From contig CAWIMJ010000013.1 of NCBI GenBank assembly GCA_963837175.1, forward strand, positions 29,000 through 92,999: a stretch of DNA of 64,000 nucleotides, written 5' to 3'. This DNA comes from an uncultured Nitrososphaeraceae archaeon (GTDB lineage Archaea > Thermoproteota > Nitrososphaeria > Nitrososphaerales > Nitrososphaeraceae). How positions within the stretch are numbered: position 1 is the stretch's first letter; every line of letters begins with the position of its first letter. Shown in pieces: positions 9,966 to 21,112 of this stretch. Made by a program: the position numbers and the translations under genes. The notes under the pieces are model-generated. The model did not search any database. It was not told where the DNA came from and saw only the letters and a list, made by a program, of their open reading frames with translations.

Positions 9966-10817
9966 ATGACATCTATAGTAGAAAAAAACTGGATAGGCCT
10001 ACGCCGCAGCGGATTGAGAATAGTGCTCCTTGGCGTATCCTCTCTGATTGTGGCCTTTATAATCTATGGCCGGTTGACAACTCCTTCAGGTGAGCAACCA
10101 GTTATGATTACACCTTATCTTATGAATCTTGCAAATGCTATTTTTACAATTATTTTTGTATCAATGTTATTTGTGGGCTATGGAATATACAGAATTTTCA
10201 AAGCTGAGCAACGGCTAACAGCTAATACTAATAGTTTAGTATTCTATATTACAACCGCATTTTTGGACAATAAATATTGGAAAATGATGGCAATATTTGC
10301 AATTGTATATGGCATTTTTTTTGGATTTCTGTCCCAAATATTCATTTATAGGTATGACGTTTCATTTTCTGAACAAGGAATTATTATTCCATCTGCTAAT
10401 GTGATTCCATGTTGCAATCTGCCAGGTTATGTTCCTATGCTGACTGTATTTCCTACAGATCACTTTCTAATCATGATTATACCGATCAATATTATTCTAG
10501 CAGTAGTTGTATCAGTTATGGTCGGATTCAATATTTCTTTAGCACTCTATGCATTCAATTTAGAGAAAGCACAGAATACTAAAAAGATGTCTTTTGTTGG
10601 AAGTGTAGGAGCAATCGCTGGGTTATTTGTTGGCTGTCCAACCTGTGCAGGCAGTTTGTTTTCTGTGCTCTTAGGTTATGGTGTGGGAACAACAATGGCA
10701 GTTCTTGCTCCATTACAAACCCTTTTCATTTTAATAAGTATACCATCTTTAATACTTGCTCCATTTCTTATGGGTCGCGGAATTCGAAGCAGATGTAGTT
10801 GCAAGTTAGCCCACTAA
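9966..10817 (+). CDS. Polytopic membrane protein with CC and CPTC motifs
   Basis: About 6 hydrophobic segments; PCC, GCPTCAG and terminal CSC. Confidence 0.7.
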   Translation: MTSIVEKNWIGLRRSGLRIVLLGVSSLIVAFIIYGRLTTPSGEQPVMITPYLMNLANAIFTIIFVSMLFVGYGIYRIFKAEQRLTANTNSLVFYITTAFLDNKYWKMMAIFAIVYGIFFGFLSQIFIYRYDVSFSEQGIIIPSANVIPCCNLPGYVPMLTVFPTDHFLIMIIPINIILAVVVSVMVGFNISLALYAFNLEKAQNTKKMSFVGSVGAIAGLFVGCPTCAGSLFSVLLGYGVGTTMAVLAPLQTLFILISIPSLILAPFLMGRGIRSRCSCKLAH

Positions 10818-12515
10818 TGCCCTCTCTTGTCTTTCCTTGGATTTGCTACTAAATTTTGTTCTATTGTTGGTAGTGTTTTTGAAATACTATCTAGATACAT
10901 TTGCACATGTGGTTCTGCGATCCACATTTTTTCATTTTCAAATAGATAGCCATATCTCTGTGAGCTACCTATTTTTTCGCGTGATAGAAGCGCATCAAGA
11001 TATTGTTTAGAAATAGTGGATTCATCAAATCCATGTTTTGTTGCTATTGCATCGAATACATCATGCATACCTGAGCCATGTTGTGCTGCCTTCCTTTATA
11101 CGATATGCGATATTCCTTGGAATACCAAGTTTCTGGGCAAGTTTTCTGTGTACATGTTTTCCAAAGTCATCGTTTGCACCTTTTACATTCAGTTTCATAT
11201 CGATATGCATCGAAAGTGCAATTACTTTTAAGTCAAGAAATGGCTCACGCATCTCTATGCTGTGTGCCATAGTGATTTTATCTTCTCTCTCCAAAGTTTC
11301 TCTGTAAAGTAAAAGCATATCTTCGGTCATGTGGTCACGTAATTTCTCATATCCTTCCTTTTCAACTACCTTTGTATACCAAGAATACCCTCCGAAAAGT
11401 TCGTCTGCTCGCCTGCCCTGAAAACATTACATTAATTCCATCCTCATGTGCAAGCTTTACTGCAGCATATACGGGAACTGCAACCTCTACCTGTCCAGCA
11501 TTTGTATCTTCTATTGTATTAATAACCTCTGGAATCATCTGTTCTACTTCATCCTGAGTAAGCTCATTAACTCTTAGTTTAAGATTGAGTCTCTTTGCTA
11601 TCATTCTGGCAAACGCAATATCGCTAGAACCCTGAATTCCACCAGTATAACAAATAACTTCTCGTACCATTTTCTTTGCAAGCCAAGCAATAATTACACT
11701 GTCAATACCCCCTGAAAATATTATTCCGACTCTATCAAAATCCTGTGTGCGCTTTTTCATGGATGCAAGTAATGCTTTTTCATATGCATTAACAGCCGAA
11801 TCCATTGTTTTGTAGATTATTTTCTTTGAATGTATTGGCGGGTGAGCTACTTTGAATTTTTGTATTGAACCATCCGATGTGATAATTGTTGCATGTCCAG
11901 GTAATACCCTATTTGTAGGTTCTTTTATTCCAGCTTTCCATAATGCTTTACGTTCAGATGCAAATGCGATAAAACGATCATTTTCGCCATAGTAAATTTG
12001 TCTTACACCGATTTTATCTCTGACCAATGCTATATTTTCTGTCTCTTCATCCTTGATAACTAAAGCATAAACACCATCGAGTTCAGCAACAGTCTTTCTT
12101 ATTGCATATAATAAATCATTGTTTTTGTTAAAATGATCCTCTAACAAATGGACAATAACTTCACTGTCTGTCTGTGTAACAAATTGATGATGACGTTTTA
12201 TTAGCCTTCGCCTAATTTTCTTATAGTTGTAAATTTCTCCATTGTGCTCTAGAGTAAACTTTCTATTGCAGCTATGGAAGGGTTGCTGTCCATGAGTACC
12301 ACCAACGATCGCCAGCCTCACATGACCCAAAGCATTATTACTAGAAAGTTCATGATATTCTAAATTTGCAAGAGAATCTGATTGTATAATAGAGTCAGCG
12401 AGCTGCTATTCCTGCCCCGTCAGGACCACGATTTGTCATGCAAGAAAGCATTTTTCCAACTACCGGTACATACATTTTCTCCTTTTTTACTTAATATCCC
12501 TGCTATTCCACACAT
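10814..12515 (-). pseudogene. asnB: Asparagine synthase (glutamine-hydrolysing) / amidotransferase, interrupted by ~4 frameshifts (possibly sequencing errors)
   Basis: MCGIAG start at 12515, NRGPDG, GHVRLAI, HNGEIYN, DSEV, FSGGIDS, GQ.ADELFGGY, EMREPFLD across frames. Frame breaks near 12470, 12400, 11412 and 11090. Confidence 0.85.
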
Positions 12516-12802
12516 ATATCATATTTCTCCAAATTTTAGAATCAATCAATTTTCTATCCTATGGATAGATAAATCACTTGATTTCAACTATAATATAGTT
12601 ATGTACAATGGCTTAAAAGTGTTACATTGATATATATTATTCTCATTTTCTTTGTCACTTCATATATAGGATGATGATAACAATAATAATGTATAGGTCG
12701 GGTAGCTTTTTGTATCACTTTATCCAAGATTAATTATAATAAACTGTGTACTTTGTATTTAGGAAACATTATAAGTTTTATGTATCTAAAGTAACGCAAT
12801 AG

Positions 12803-13732
12803 ATGCAAAATCTGATTTCGTGGTTCCTAAAAAACTCAGAAGGAATAACTATATTCGATAAATGCATACTGTTTGTATTAAAAATTATTTATTTAGGTTT
12901 AAGGATTGTACTTAGATTAGTTTTAGGTAAGAAAAGAAGAGATAGGCTATATGTTGGACGAGGACTTGACTTTGGAGTTTTTTGGTATAAATCTTTCAAA
13001 TTTTTGAGGCCTGGCAACTCCTCTTTGTTAAAATTCAGAGTACCAAAATACAATTATGAATTCTATTGTAGAGTTAATAAAGATGATTTCAAAATTATGA
13101 CAATTCATGAAGATGAAATAATAGAACATTTTACTCCTAAGCAAGGAGATATAGTTGTAGATATTGGTGCACATATAGGTCTTTATACAATAATAAGCTC
13201 AAAACGAGTTGGTACAAATGGAAAAGTAATTGCTATTGAGGCAGATCCCGGCAATTTTGAAATGTTAAATCGTAATATCAAACTAAATCAGTTAACTAAT
13301 GTTATAGCTTTGAATTATGCAGCATATTCTAAAGAAACAAAAATAAAACTGTATTTGCCTAGTGGAGAATCAGGTTTTACTAAATACAATACTATCGTGT
13401 CAGACTGGGCAAATAATGAAGATAAATTTGTAGAAGTAAATGCTAACACATTGGATTATCTATTACAATTAAATCAAATAAGAGAAGAAGAAGTAAATTG
13501 GATTAAAATTGATGTGGAGGGAGCAGAATTTGAAGTGTTAAAAGGGGCTACTAATGTACTATCCAAAAGTAAAGATATTGCACTTCTTATGGAATTACAT
13601 GGACCGCCGAATGTTTATAGACCAAAAGTGCAAGAATTTCTTAATTTATACAATTTCAAAATAGAACTTGAAAAGAGTTATGATGAAAATGGCTCGATGC
13701 ATATAATTGTACAAAAATCTACTGTTTCATAA
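12803..13732 (+). CDS. FkbM family methyltransferase
   Basis: VVDIGAHIG, IAIEA, IKIDVEGAE motifs. Confidence 0.9.
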   Translation: MQNLISWFLKNSEGITIFDKCILFVLKIIYLGLRIVLRLVLGKKRRDRLYVGRGLDFGVFWYKSFKFLRPGNSSLLKFRVPKYNYEFYCRVNKDDFKIMTIHEDEIIEHFTPKQGDIVVDIGAHIGLYTIISSKRVGTNGKVIAIEADPGNFEMLNRNIKLNQLTNVIALNYAAYSKETKIKLYLPSGESGFTKYNTIVSDWANNEDKFVEVNANTLDYLLQLNQIREEEVNWIKIDVEGAEFEVLKGATNVLSKSKDIALLMELHGPPNVYRPKVQEFLNLYNFKIELEKSYDENGSMHIIVQKSTVS

Positions 13733-13989
13733 TATAACAAAAATATATATATATTTTATATATAAACAAAAATGTGTACTAGATTTTACACATATTTCGC
13801 AATTGTACACACCATTTAAACAAACATATCTATTCAATAGGAACAAACAAAATTATATATTGATAATTTATGTGAGATAACTACATTATGTTATTAATTT
13901 GGTTTGGTTGGTTTACATTTTGAGTTATCTTTACTATTCCTAACTTTGGTATTATTATCAGAATAGGAGTGTGTGAGAATTGTTTTCCA

Positions 13990-14190
13990 AGAAGACGACC
14001 CTTATCTGACCATTTATATTTAAGATAGAAAATTATTTGAAAATATACTAAATGATTGTTACAAATATGCTGCTGCAATTAATGTGAAAGGCGAACCATT
14101 CCCAGCAGGACCATTACTTATGGCATTACTGTTGCTTTCATAACATAAAATGATTGACTGGTTAACAAAACAAATTTCAAAGTATGAATC
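13990..14190 (+). pseudogene. Relic of a small alpha-helical archaeal protein (resembles the family found beside PolB2-type polymerases)
   Basis: Reads DRKLFENILNDCYKYAAAINVKGEPFPAGPLLMALLL..HKMIDWL with stops and no intact start. Family assignment is from recall only. Confidence 0.4.
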
Positions 14191-14415
14191 ATTTGTTAAT
14201 AATAATAATACTAAAGAAGTTAACAAAGCCAAACAACTAGAAGAACAAGACTTAGGTATAGAAAATACGATTCTGGTAACTTTCGTAGTTTAGAGCGAAA
14301 TTGAGCTGTAGTTTCTTAATAACAACGCGCTATACTTATAGGTTAATTAAATATATAATCATCCTCTATGAATATGTCTTAGTCTAGTCTTTGCTACTAT
14401 GATGGGGTAGCATTA

Positions 14416-14607
14416 GTGACAGCGACTGTAGTTGCAGTGGTAAGTATAACACCTTCAGCAAATGCAGATAGTAGTTCTGATCAGACATTAGATAAATTCA
14501 ACAAGAAATGTAAAGCAGCAGAAAAGGGTAGTCAGAAAAAGGCAGATCAAGCAGAAGCCCAAGCTGAACGCCACGGGACTGTTTCTGCCTTCTGTGATAT
14601 ATCATAG
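14416..14607 (+). CDS. Small secreted protein (signal peptide likely begins upstream)
   Basis: Hydrophobic stretch ending in ANA, followed by a polar domain with two Cys. Confidence 0.45.
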   Translation: MTATVVAVVSITPSANADSSSDQTLDKFNKKCKAAEKGSQKKADQAEAQAERHGTVSAFCDIS

Positions 14608-15493
14608 AATATAGACTATTAGATGCAAAATGACAATCTATCTATAGATAGATGACCCCATTAGCAAAAATGAATATCTCTCTGACAGAACCTACTTTTC
14701 CTTTCATTTTCTTTTGATTTCCCTGGGTTCAAAGAGAATCTTTATGAGGCTGCTGTTGATTGTAGCAGGCAGCGTGAGTATTTGGGCCAAAACCCATTTC
14801 AGTGTTTCTATCTCTGTCAGTCCACAGGCTATCAGTATAGGACTATTATTAGACTTGTGCATTTTCTTTTCTTCTGTATGATTCTGTTATGGAGTATCTC
14901 TTGTAGTGTTCTTAATGGTAGTGTTGATGGTGATACTGATGATGGTGATTTGTTAGAGTTCAATATGTGCTATCATTTATCATGTAAAAATAAGACTTGA
15001 TGCACAAAAGAGACATCGAGTGAGAGAGGAGAAACTATAGATGCTGTAAAGTTAATTTAACTTTAGATCTAGATAATTTTGAACAGAAAATTCTACTACA
15101 AAAGCTATATCTTTTGTAGATAATAAAATATATCATTACATGTTACAACAAAGACAAATTATTAGAGGCTTAGGTAAACAAATAGGTAGAGAAATCTAGC
15201 ATTCGTGAAATATCCTATTAGAAGTTTTCAATCTATAGACTGGATACTCATATTTGTGAACGTTAGCTAGGATGTTAAGTAAAGTAAGCCGAGGATAAGA
15301 AACGCTGAAAAAAACATAAAGCAAGAGTGCGCCGTTTAAAATCTACAATTCAAAGGTGGTGAAAAGAAGCAATATAGATGCATGTACTCAGAACTTTAGT
15401 TGAAGAGTCATGGACGCAAAACTCAATATGAAAGAAGTTCTATCTACTACAAGCTTTATTATTTAGATACACAACCTTTAAGAGAATGCTATC

Positions 15494-15960
15494 TTGTCCT
15501 TTAGATTAATGTATAATGATGTTAATGATGATGATAGATCAAACTTAACGAAAGTAGTAATTATGGCTATGATCTCGGCAACATTTGTTACTAGTTTGAT
15601 AACTTTTAGCTGTAATGCAGAAGCTCAAACTTTTGGTGCTAATAACGATAATAATCATATTAATCCTACATTACTAACTGAATTATTTACAAACGATAAA
15701 CAATCAGCAGTCACAGTTAACATTGCCACTACAACAGATCCTTCTAATGCTATGATAAAAGTTGTGCCATCCCTTATTACTACAAGGTCTTATGTGCATT
15801 CATATATTGATAACACGAAAGGACTTGGCGCGACACCAGGGATTGTAGAAGGCAGCAATAGGATCACAAGAAACACGAGGTTTTCATGTAACTGATGCTA
15901 CTACCGGCGAAGGTCCTGCTGCTAAAGCACGATTAGTAGGCGGCGATTCACTTACTGACA
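15494..15960 (+). pseudogene. Fragment of a secreted protein, weakly resembling the N-terminus of HtrA-like proteases
   Basis: Signal peptide ending AEA, LTELF...SAVTV, and after a frame break ..VGGDSLTDI; no catalytic triad. Confidence 0.3.
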
Positions 15961-16036
15961 TAAAAGGAAGATATATAGAAGTATCAAGAATTATTAATAT
16001 TCCGAAAAATATTCCTAACAGTAGTAGCATACCTGA

Positions 16037-16121
16037 CAGTAGCAATCAAACAACTACTAATATTCCTAGCAGTAGCAATCAAACAACTACTAATATTCCT
16101 AGCAGTAGCAATCAAACAACT
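16037..16121 (+). repeat. 33-bp tandem repeat x2.6 (encodes SSNQTTTNIPS)
   Basis: CAGTAGCAATCAAACAACTACTAATATTCCTAG at 16037 and 16070, partial copy at 16103. Confidence 0.95.
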
Positions 16122-16127
16122 GATATA

Positions 16128-16604
16128 TTGACATATCAGAACAGTTCTTATGGTATAACAATTCAGTATCCGGCAAACTGGACAAAAGACGAACGAGATT
16201 ATAGTCCTAATAATACTGTCACTAATATTGTTGCATTCTTCTCTCCAGTTGAAAATACATCTGATACCTACCCAACAAGCCTTGCCATATATATGGAAAG
16301 ATTAACTAACCAAAATATGACTCTAGAAGAATATGCTGCCTCACAAATTACCTACTTTAATAAAACATTAACAGATTTCAATCTTATTGAATCAAATACA
16401 AATATCACTTTGGGAGGAGGTAATAATCCTGCATATGGATTAATATATACTGATAGAGAAGATGGTAATAATTATAAAACAATGGAAATTGGAACTATAA
16501 TTGGAGACAGAATATACTTCATTAAGTATAGTGCTGAAGAAAAGCAGTATTCTAATTATTTACCAACTATACAGATGATGATCAATTCACTTCAAATAAC
16601 ATAG
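16128..16604 (+). CDS. PsbP-related domain (C-terminal part of a disrupted secreted protein)
   Basis: TYQNSSYGITIQYPANW ... GNNPAY ... YSNYLPTIQMMINSL pattern; the frame is open upstream through the repeat linker. Confidence 0.8.
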   Translation: MTYQNSSYGITIQYPANWTKDERDYSPNNTVTNIVAFFSPVENTSDTYPTSLAIYMERLTNQNMTLEEYAASQITYFNKTLTDFNLIESNTNITLGGGNNPAYGLIYTDREDGNNYKTMEIGTIIGDRIYFIKYSAEEKQYSNYLPTIQMMINSLQIT

Positions 16605-16702
16605 TGGTGATGATAAAACCTCCTCCTCTTTTATATAAGAGCAACAACTTTGTCATTGAAAAGTCTCATCCTTAATTCCAAACATGGATGATAATATAAA
16701 AT

Positions 16703-17003
16703 ATGTACTTTAAAGAAAGTAATTAAATTAGTAGCTGTAATAGTTGGATTATTCTTGATTGGATTAGCATATCTTCAATATTATCAGATAGCTATCATAA
16801 ACTGGAATAGACTTCAGCAGATGTCAGAAGGTGCTATCACAACGGTTTCGAATGTAACAATACTAATTCTAGGTATTAGTGGTAGTATTAGTGTCGATAG
16901 CAGTCATGCTCCTGTATCAGCCTCATTATTGACAATGACTAACTTTGGTATCCCATTAACTGGCAGCATGTCAGCTGGATTTACTCGGATTTATTAAAGG
17001 ATG
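16703..17003 (+). pseudogene. FUN14-domain membrane protein, degraded
   Basis: KKVIKLVAVIVGLFLIGLAYLQY..I.INW ... NFGIPLTGSMSAGF; 5' end missing and frame shifted near the end. Confidence 0.65.
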
Positions 17004-17148
17004 ATAGGAGAGAGTACTAATCTAACTAGCATATTTTGGTGTATGCGCTCAATAGTGTGAATTAGATAAGACAGTAACACATTCATAGGTGATTATATCT
17101 TCCATCCAAATATACTGGACTGAGAACAGCATAGAGGTATAACCATAA

Positions 17149-17505
17149 TGCAAGCTAAAACTGTTTGTTATCAATCTTCTGATAGGAGTAATGATAGTTA
17201 GTTTAATACTTTTCAGTCAAGTATTTACAGCATTAACAGCATCATCATCATCAGACCAGACAGATAAAGAACCTAAAGAATAAAGATATCAAACAGAAAT
17301 CAAAGTCAAGTGATACAAAACCCAATGATGAGGATACTATAGGGAAACAAGAAGAAGACGCAGAGAAGCAAGAAAGCAATGATGATACCAGAGAAAGAGA
17401 ATCACAAGATAATGTTATGATAGACGATGATGATATATTAATTCATCTGAAGATGATGATGTACCTTTAGAATTACCCTTTGATAATACAATACCATTTC
17501 CTTAA
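17149..17505 (+). pseudogene. Frameshifted acidic secreted protein ending ..LELPFDNTIPFP
   Basis: Signal-like N-terminus and Asp/Glu-rich body spread over several frames. Confidence 0.4.
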
Positions 17506-17797
17506 GTGCCATATATTATTGTTAATTTATGTAATGTACATCACATATTTATGGTAGTTCCTTTCTTTGGAATGACATGTAAATTCAGATTCATATTATA
17601 AATAATAATTTGATTTGATTCTAGTCCTTGTTTCAATCCTATACTATTACCAATACTGTGGTGGAGACATTTGTTGCTTAACTTCAATTGTAATTTGTTG
17701 ATAATATGTTCTTTTTTGTAATTATGCGGCTATAAAATTAATGATATTCTTCTCTGCTGCATCTCCTCTCTACCTACTCAACCTGTTGTGGTTGTTT

Positions 17798-18403
17798 CTA
17801 TAGATATACCTGATGCATTTGCTCACTTTTTAATTCCTGATCCACACTATTCAATGCCTTCATGGCATTATCTTTATTGTTACTATCTATTGCGGTCATG
17901 GCGTCTTGTACATGGCTCATAATCATTTCCATTGAATTTTGAGGAATCATTACCATAGCACTTTGGTTGACTGCACCACCACCTTCCCCACCTGTCTGAT
18001 TAGCTGCTTCGCCGCCATCTGCTGTATCCAAAGCTGGTGGAGTAGTTGGTGATGGTGGTGAGTTCCTGATGATGGACTACCTCCTGGTGATGCCGGTGTT
18101 GGTGGTGCTTGTAATGCTGATGGTGGTGGAGTTCCTGATGATGGACTACCTCCTGGTGATGGCGGTGTTGGTGGTGCTTGTAATGCTGATGGTGGTGAAG
18201 TTCCTGATGATGGACTACCTCCTGGTGATGCCGGTGTTGGTGGTGCTTGTTGACTGTTGCACTTGACCTTGTACTTTAATTTGTAATGTGGGGACAAGAA
18301 ATATTCCGGTTATTAATATAATAGATAATCCCATAACTAATAATTTTGACATATTATGTGTTTTAAGATTATGCTGATGATTATGCATCGATATGTTATT
18401 CAA
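17798..18403 (-). pseudogene. Secreted Pro/Ser/Gly-rich repeat protein in three frames (frameshifted)
   Basis: Signal peptide (18215..18403), P/S repeat linker (17950..18297) and Met-rich helical C-terminus (17798..18031) are collinear. Confidence 0.6.
18052..18250. repeat. 69-bp tandem repeat x~2.9
   Basis: AGTTCCTGATGATGGACTACCTCCTGGTGATG... recurs at 18061, 18130 and 18199. Confidence 0.95.
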
Positions 18404-18618
18404 GGAGTAATTAATAAGATTATTGATAATTATTATTCATATAATAGTGATTATATAACATGTCAAGTTTGTAATATACAATTTTCATTTTCATAAGACA
18501 TTATTCAATGGAAGAATTTAAAATACAAATTGATTGTCTAAAGTATTATTATCATTCATAATTGTTGTCACAGAGAAATAAAATTAAAAGGAATTATAGC
18601 AATCATCCAGTTCCATTA

Positions 18619-18839
18619 TGAGGAATGTATTACGGTGCTGGGTGACCGCGATCAACTCTTCCTCCTGTTCCTGGAGTGCCATGACCTCATCCAGACCCAA
18701 ATGTAATTGTACCAGTACCTATTGTATTTTGCACTGCCACTACATCTATTCAATTGAGTTTGTTTGAAACTGACTTTCGTACTGGCTGCTGCATTTGCTT
18801 CTTGTGTAACAAGTACTAGAACTGACAGCGCTAGCGTAC
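18619..18839 (-). pseudogene. Small secreted protein (..ANA|AASTKVSFKQTQ..CSGSA..GTITFG) truncated by IS5 insertion
   Basis: The minus-strand reading has a signal-peptide end that abuts the IS5 left end, with internal frameshifts. Confidence 0.45.
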
Positions 18840-18842
18840 TTA

Positions 18843-19475
18843 GAGCCTATCCCAAAATAGATAAACATTTAGCTTGAAAATGCGCTGTTTACACATATGT
18901 GGCTTACAAGACAATCAAACATCTTCAAACTATCAGAAAAATCCCTGATGAGTTATGGGATGAGATAAGACTAATACTTCCACCAGAAAAACCAAATAAG
19001 ACTATAGGACGTCTAGTTCTACCATTTAGAAAGGTTCTTGATGGCATTCTCTATGTTTTAAGAACTGGATATCAGTGGAAGATGTTACCAAAGGAATATG
19101 GCTTTGGTTTTACTACATACATGTCATCATAGACGATTTCTTCAGGAATGGTCAACATCTATGGTATTCCAAAAATTATGGACTAGGCTACTACTACAAG
19201 TCTATGATGATCACGTAGTAGGTATTCAATGGAGATGGCAATCAATCACTTGATAGTATATGTGTGTGAAAGCTCCTTTAATAGGGGTGACTTGACTGGT
19301 CCAAATCCAACTGATAGAGGTAAACTAGGAACAAAACGTCATGTACTAACAGATCAATATGGAATTCCATTATCTGTTCTTCTTATTACTACTACTGCCA
19401 ATACACATATGACATGAAAAGTGCACCAGCAAAAACAACACTTGATAACATAGTAATCATCAAAAGAAGAAGAGA
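18843..19475 (+). mobile_element. IS5-family element, truncated and degraded
   Basis: Left TIR GAGCCTATCCCAAAA after TTA; transposase fragments IPDELWDEI..GILYVLRTG.QW and GPNPTDRGKLGTKRH; right end absent. Confidence 0.88.
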
Positions 19476-19589
19476 ATACTAGTTTGCTAGATAGTGATCT
19501 AATGTAGGTTACCTATTAAAGTCAAAATGTATTATTATTTATGATTTACTTATTAAAAATAATTATTTATTTTATCCTATGGCTAGAAA

Positions 19590-20334
19590 GGCTCTGTTAA
19601 CTTAAGTAAATAGCTATAGCTGCAGATGCTCTCTCTATTCTTCATATTGCTTGCTTTATAGAAAAGGAAATAGAACATCTGTAAAGGATATAGGCTATAG
19701 TTTATACTTACTTATACTTTTTAGGTTTATCATATACAGAAATACTGCAAAAGTACTATCAAAGAGATTTTACAAAAAGAAGTCACATATTTCTATATGA
19801 AAGTGGGTTCAGAATTACAAACCAGAAAAGAAGATATTCTACAATAGCAGGAAGAAAATTTCTGAATTTATAGTTGGTGATGAAACACAAATTAAGATAG
19901 GTAAAGACTATTTCTGGATTTGGGTTGCAATAGAAGAATTGGACAATAAGACTATTGTAGATAGGAATATAATACATCTTTATTTCTATAGAAAGAAATA
20001 TGTTAGTTAGTAGCAGAGCAGTTTCTGCTAGCAAAATATAATAAAAATAAAAAATATGGAAAACATCCAGTTTCATCAGATGGAGGTGTACATTTTACCC
20101 ACACCAGTATGTAAATTTCTGAAATTAAAGCACATCATATCAATTCATCATATGAAAGAAAAGCATCAAGAAAGGATTATTCAATATATTATCAAAGATA
20201 GAACACAGAATTTTGATAACTATTTTCCATGTAATAAGAAGAACAAATGTAAACTAGAGCATGTTGTAAACTGGTTTCAACTATTTGTTGATTAATATAA
20301 TAAGAGGAGGCGATTTGCTTAAGTTAATAGAGCC
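19590..20334 (+). mobile_element. IS6-family element, degraded, with intact 8-bp TSD
   Basis: TIRs GGCTCTGTTAACTTAAG / CTTAAGTTAATAGAGCC; GCTAGAAA on both flanks; DETQIKIG..WIWVAIE relic. Confidence 0.9.
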
Positions 20335-20606
20335 GCTAGAAATGTAGAGATATAGGTATGTATGAGTGAAGAAAATAGCAATGAGGGTCTTGTAAGTTGA
20401 GAACAAAATAATAGACGCTTTAGATAAATTCTCAAATCCCTCTGTAATAACATTGCGATAAATGTGAGAGTTTTTAGTGCATATGTATGTGTGTTTATAT
20501 ATTTATATTGTAATACTCAAATTATCGAAAATATTGAAATATGCTACCAAAATCCAATTTTCAGCATTTTTAAACTTTTGAATAGTATGCGAGTGTCACA
20601 TACAAT

Positions 20607-20909
20607 CTACACAAACATTAATGAAAGTTGATAGTTATTAACCACTGGACTGATTAGAATGCCATTACCAATCCCATTGGGTAGACTAGGATTATCATTG
20701 GGTAGACTAGGATTATCATTGGGTAGGCTACTACTACTGTTAGGCATATCTTTTGGTATGTTAATAATTCTGCTTACTTCTGAATAGCTTCCTGTTGTTT
20801 GAGCTAACGCTGGAGTGATATGAGCAGCCTCTATTATTATGGTGAATGCTAATATTGCTGATATAAAACAAATACTAACAATTGTGAATTTAGAATTATA
20901 CCTATTCAT
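20607..20909 (-). CDS. Small secreted protein with 21-bp (SLPNDNP) tandem repeats
   Basis: Signal peptide ending ALA; CATTGGGTAGACTAGGATTAT repeated at 20675, 20696 and partially at 20717. Confidence 0.55.
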   Translation of the reverse strand: MNRYNSKFTIVSICFISAILAFTIIIEAAHITPALAQTTGSYSEVSRIINIPKDMPNSSSSLPNDNPSLPNDNPSLPNGIGNGILISPVVNNYQLSLMFV

Positions 20910-21112
20910 ATTAATCTAATACTGACTTAATTTCTATATATATGTAAAGGTTAGCAAAAATTAGACTGGTTTATAATAAGCATATATTGATATATTTGGG
21001 CATATAGATATTCATTTTTCTAGAATTAAAAAACGATGGGATGCAATCAATGGTCAATAATGATATATATTAAAAACTGCAACTTTTAATAAGTATTTGA
21101 TAATGTTACTTA

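Noticed and set aside
12395-12475. Programmed frameshifting in asnB
   Set aside because: Four independent shifts without slippery heptamers; error or decay is more parsimonious.
18052-18250. 69-bp repeats, and the NHL 141-bp repeats, as a CRISPR array
   Set aside because: Contiguous in-frame coding repeats with no unique spacers; no cas genes in the window.
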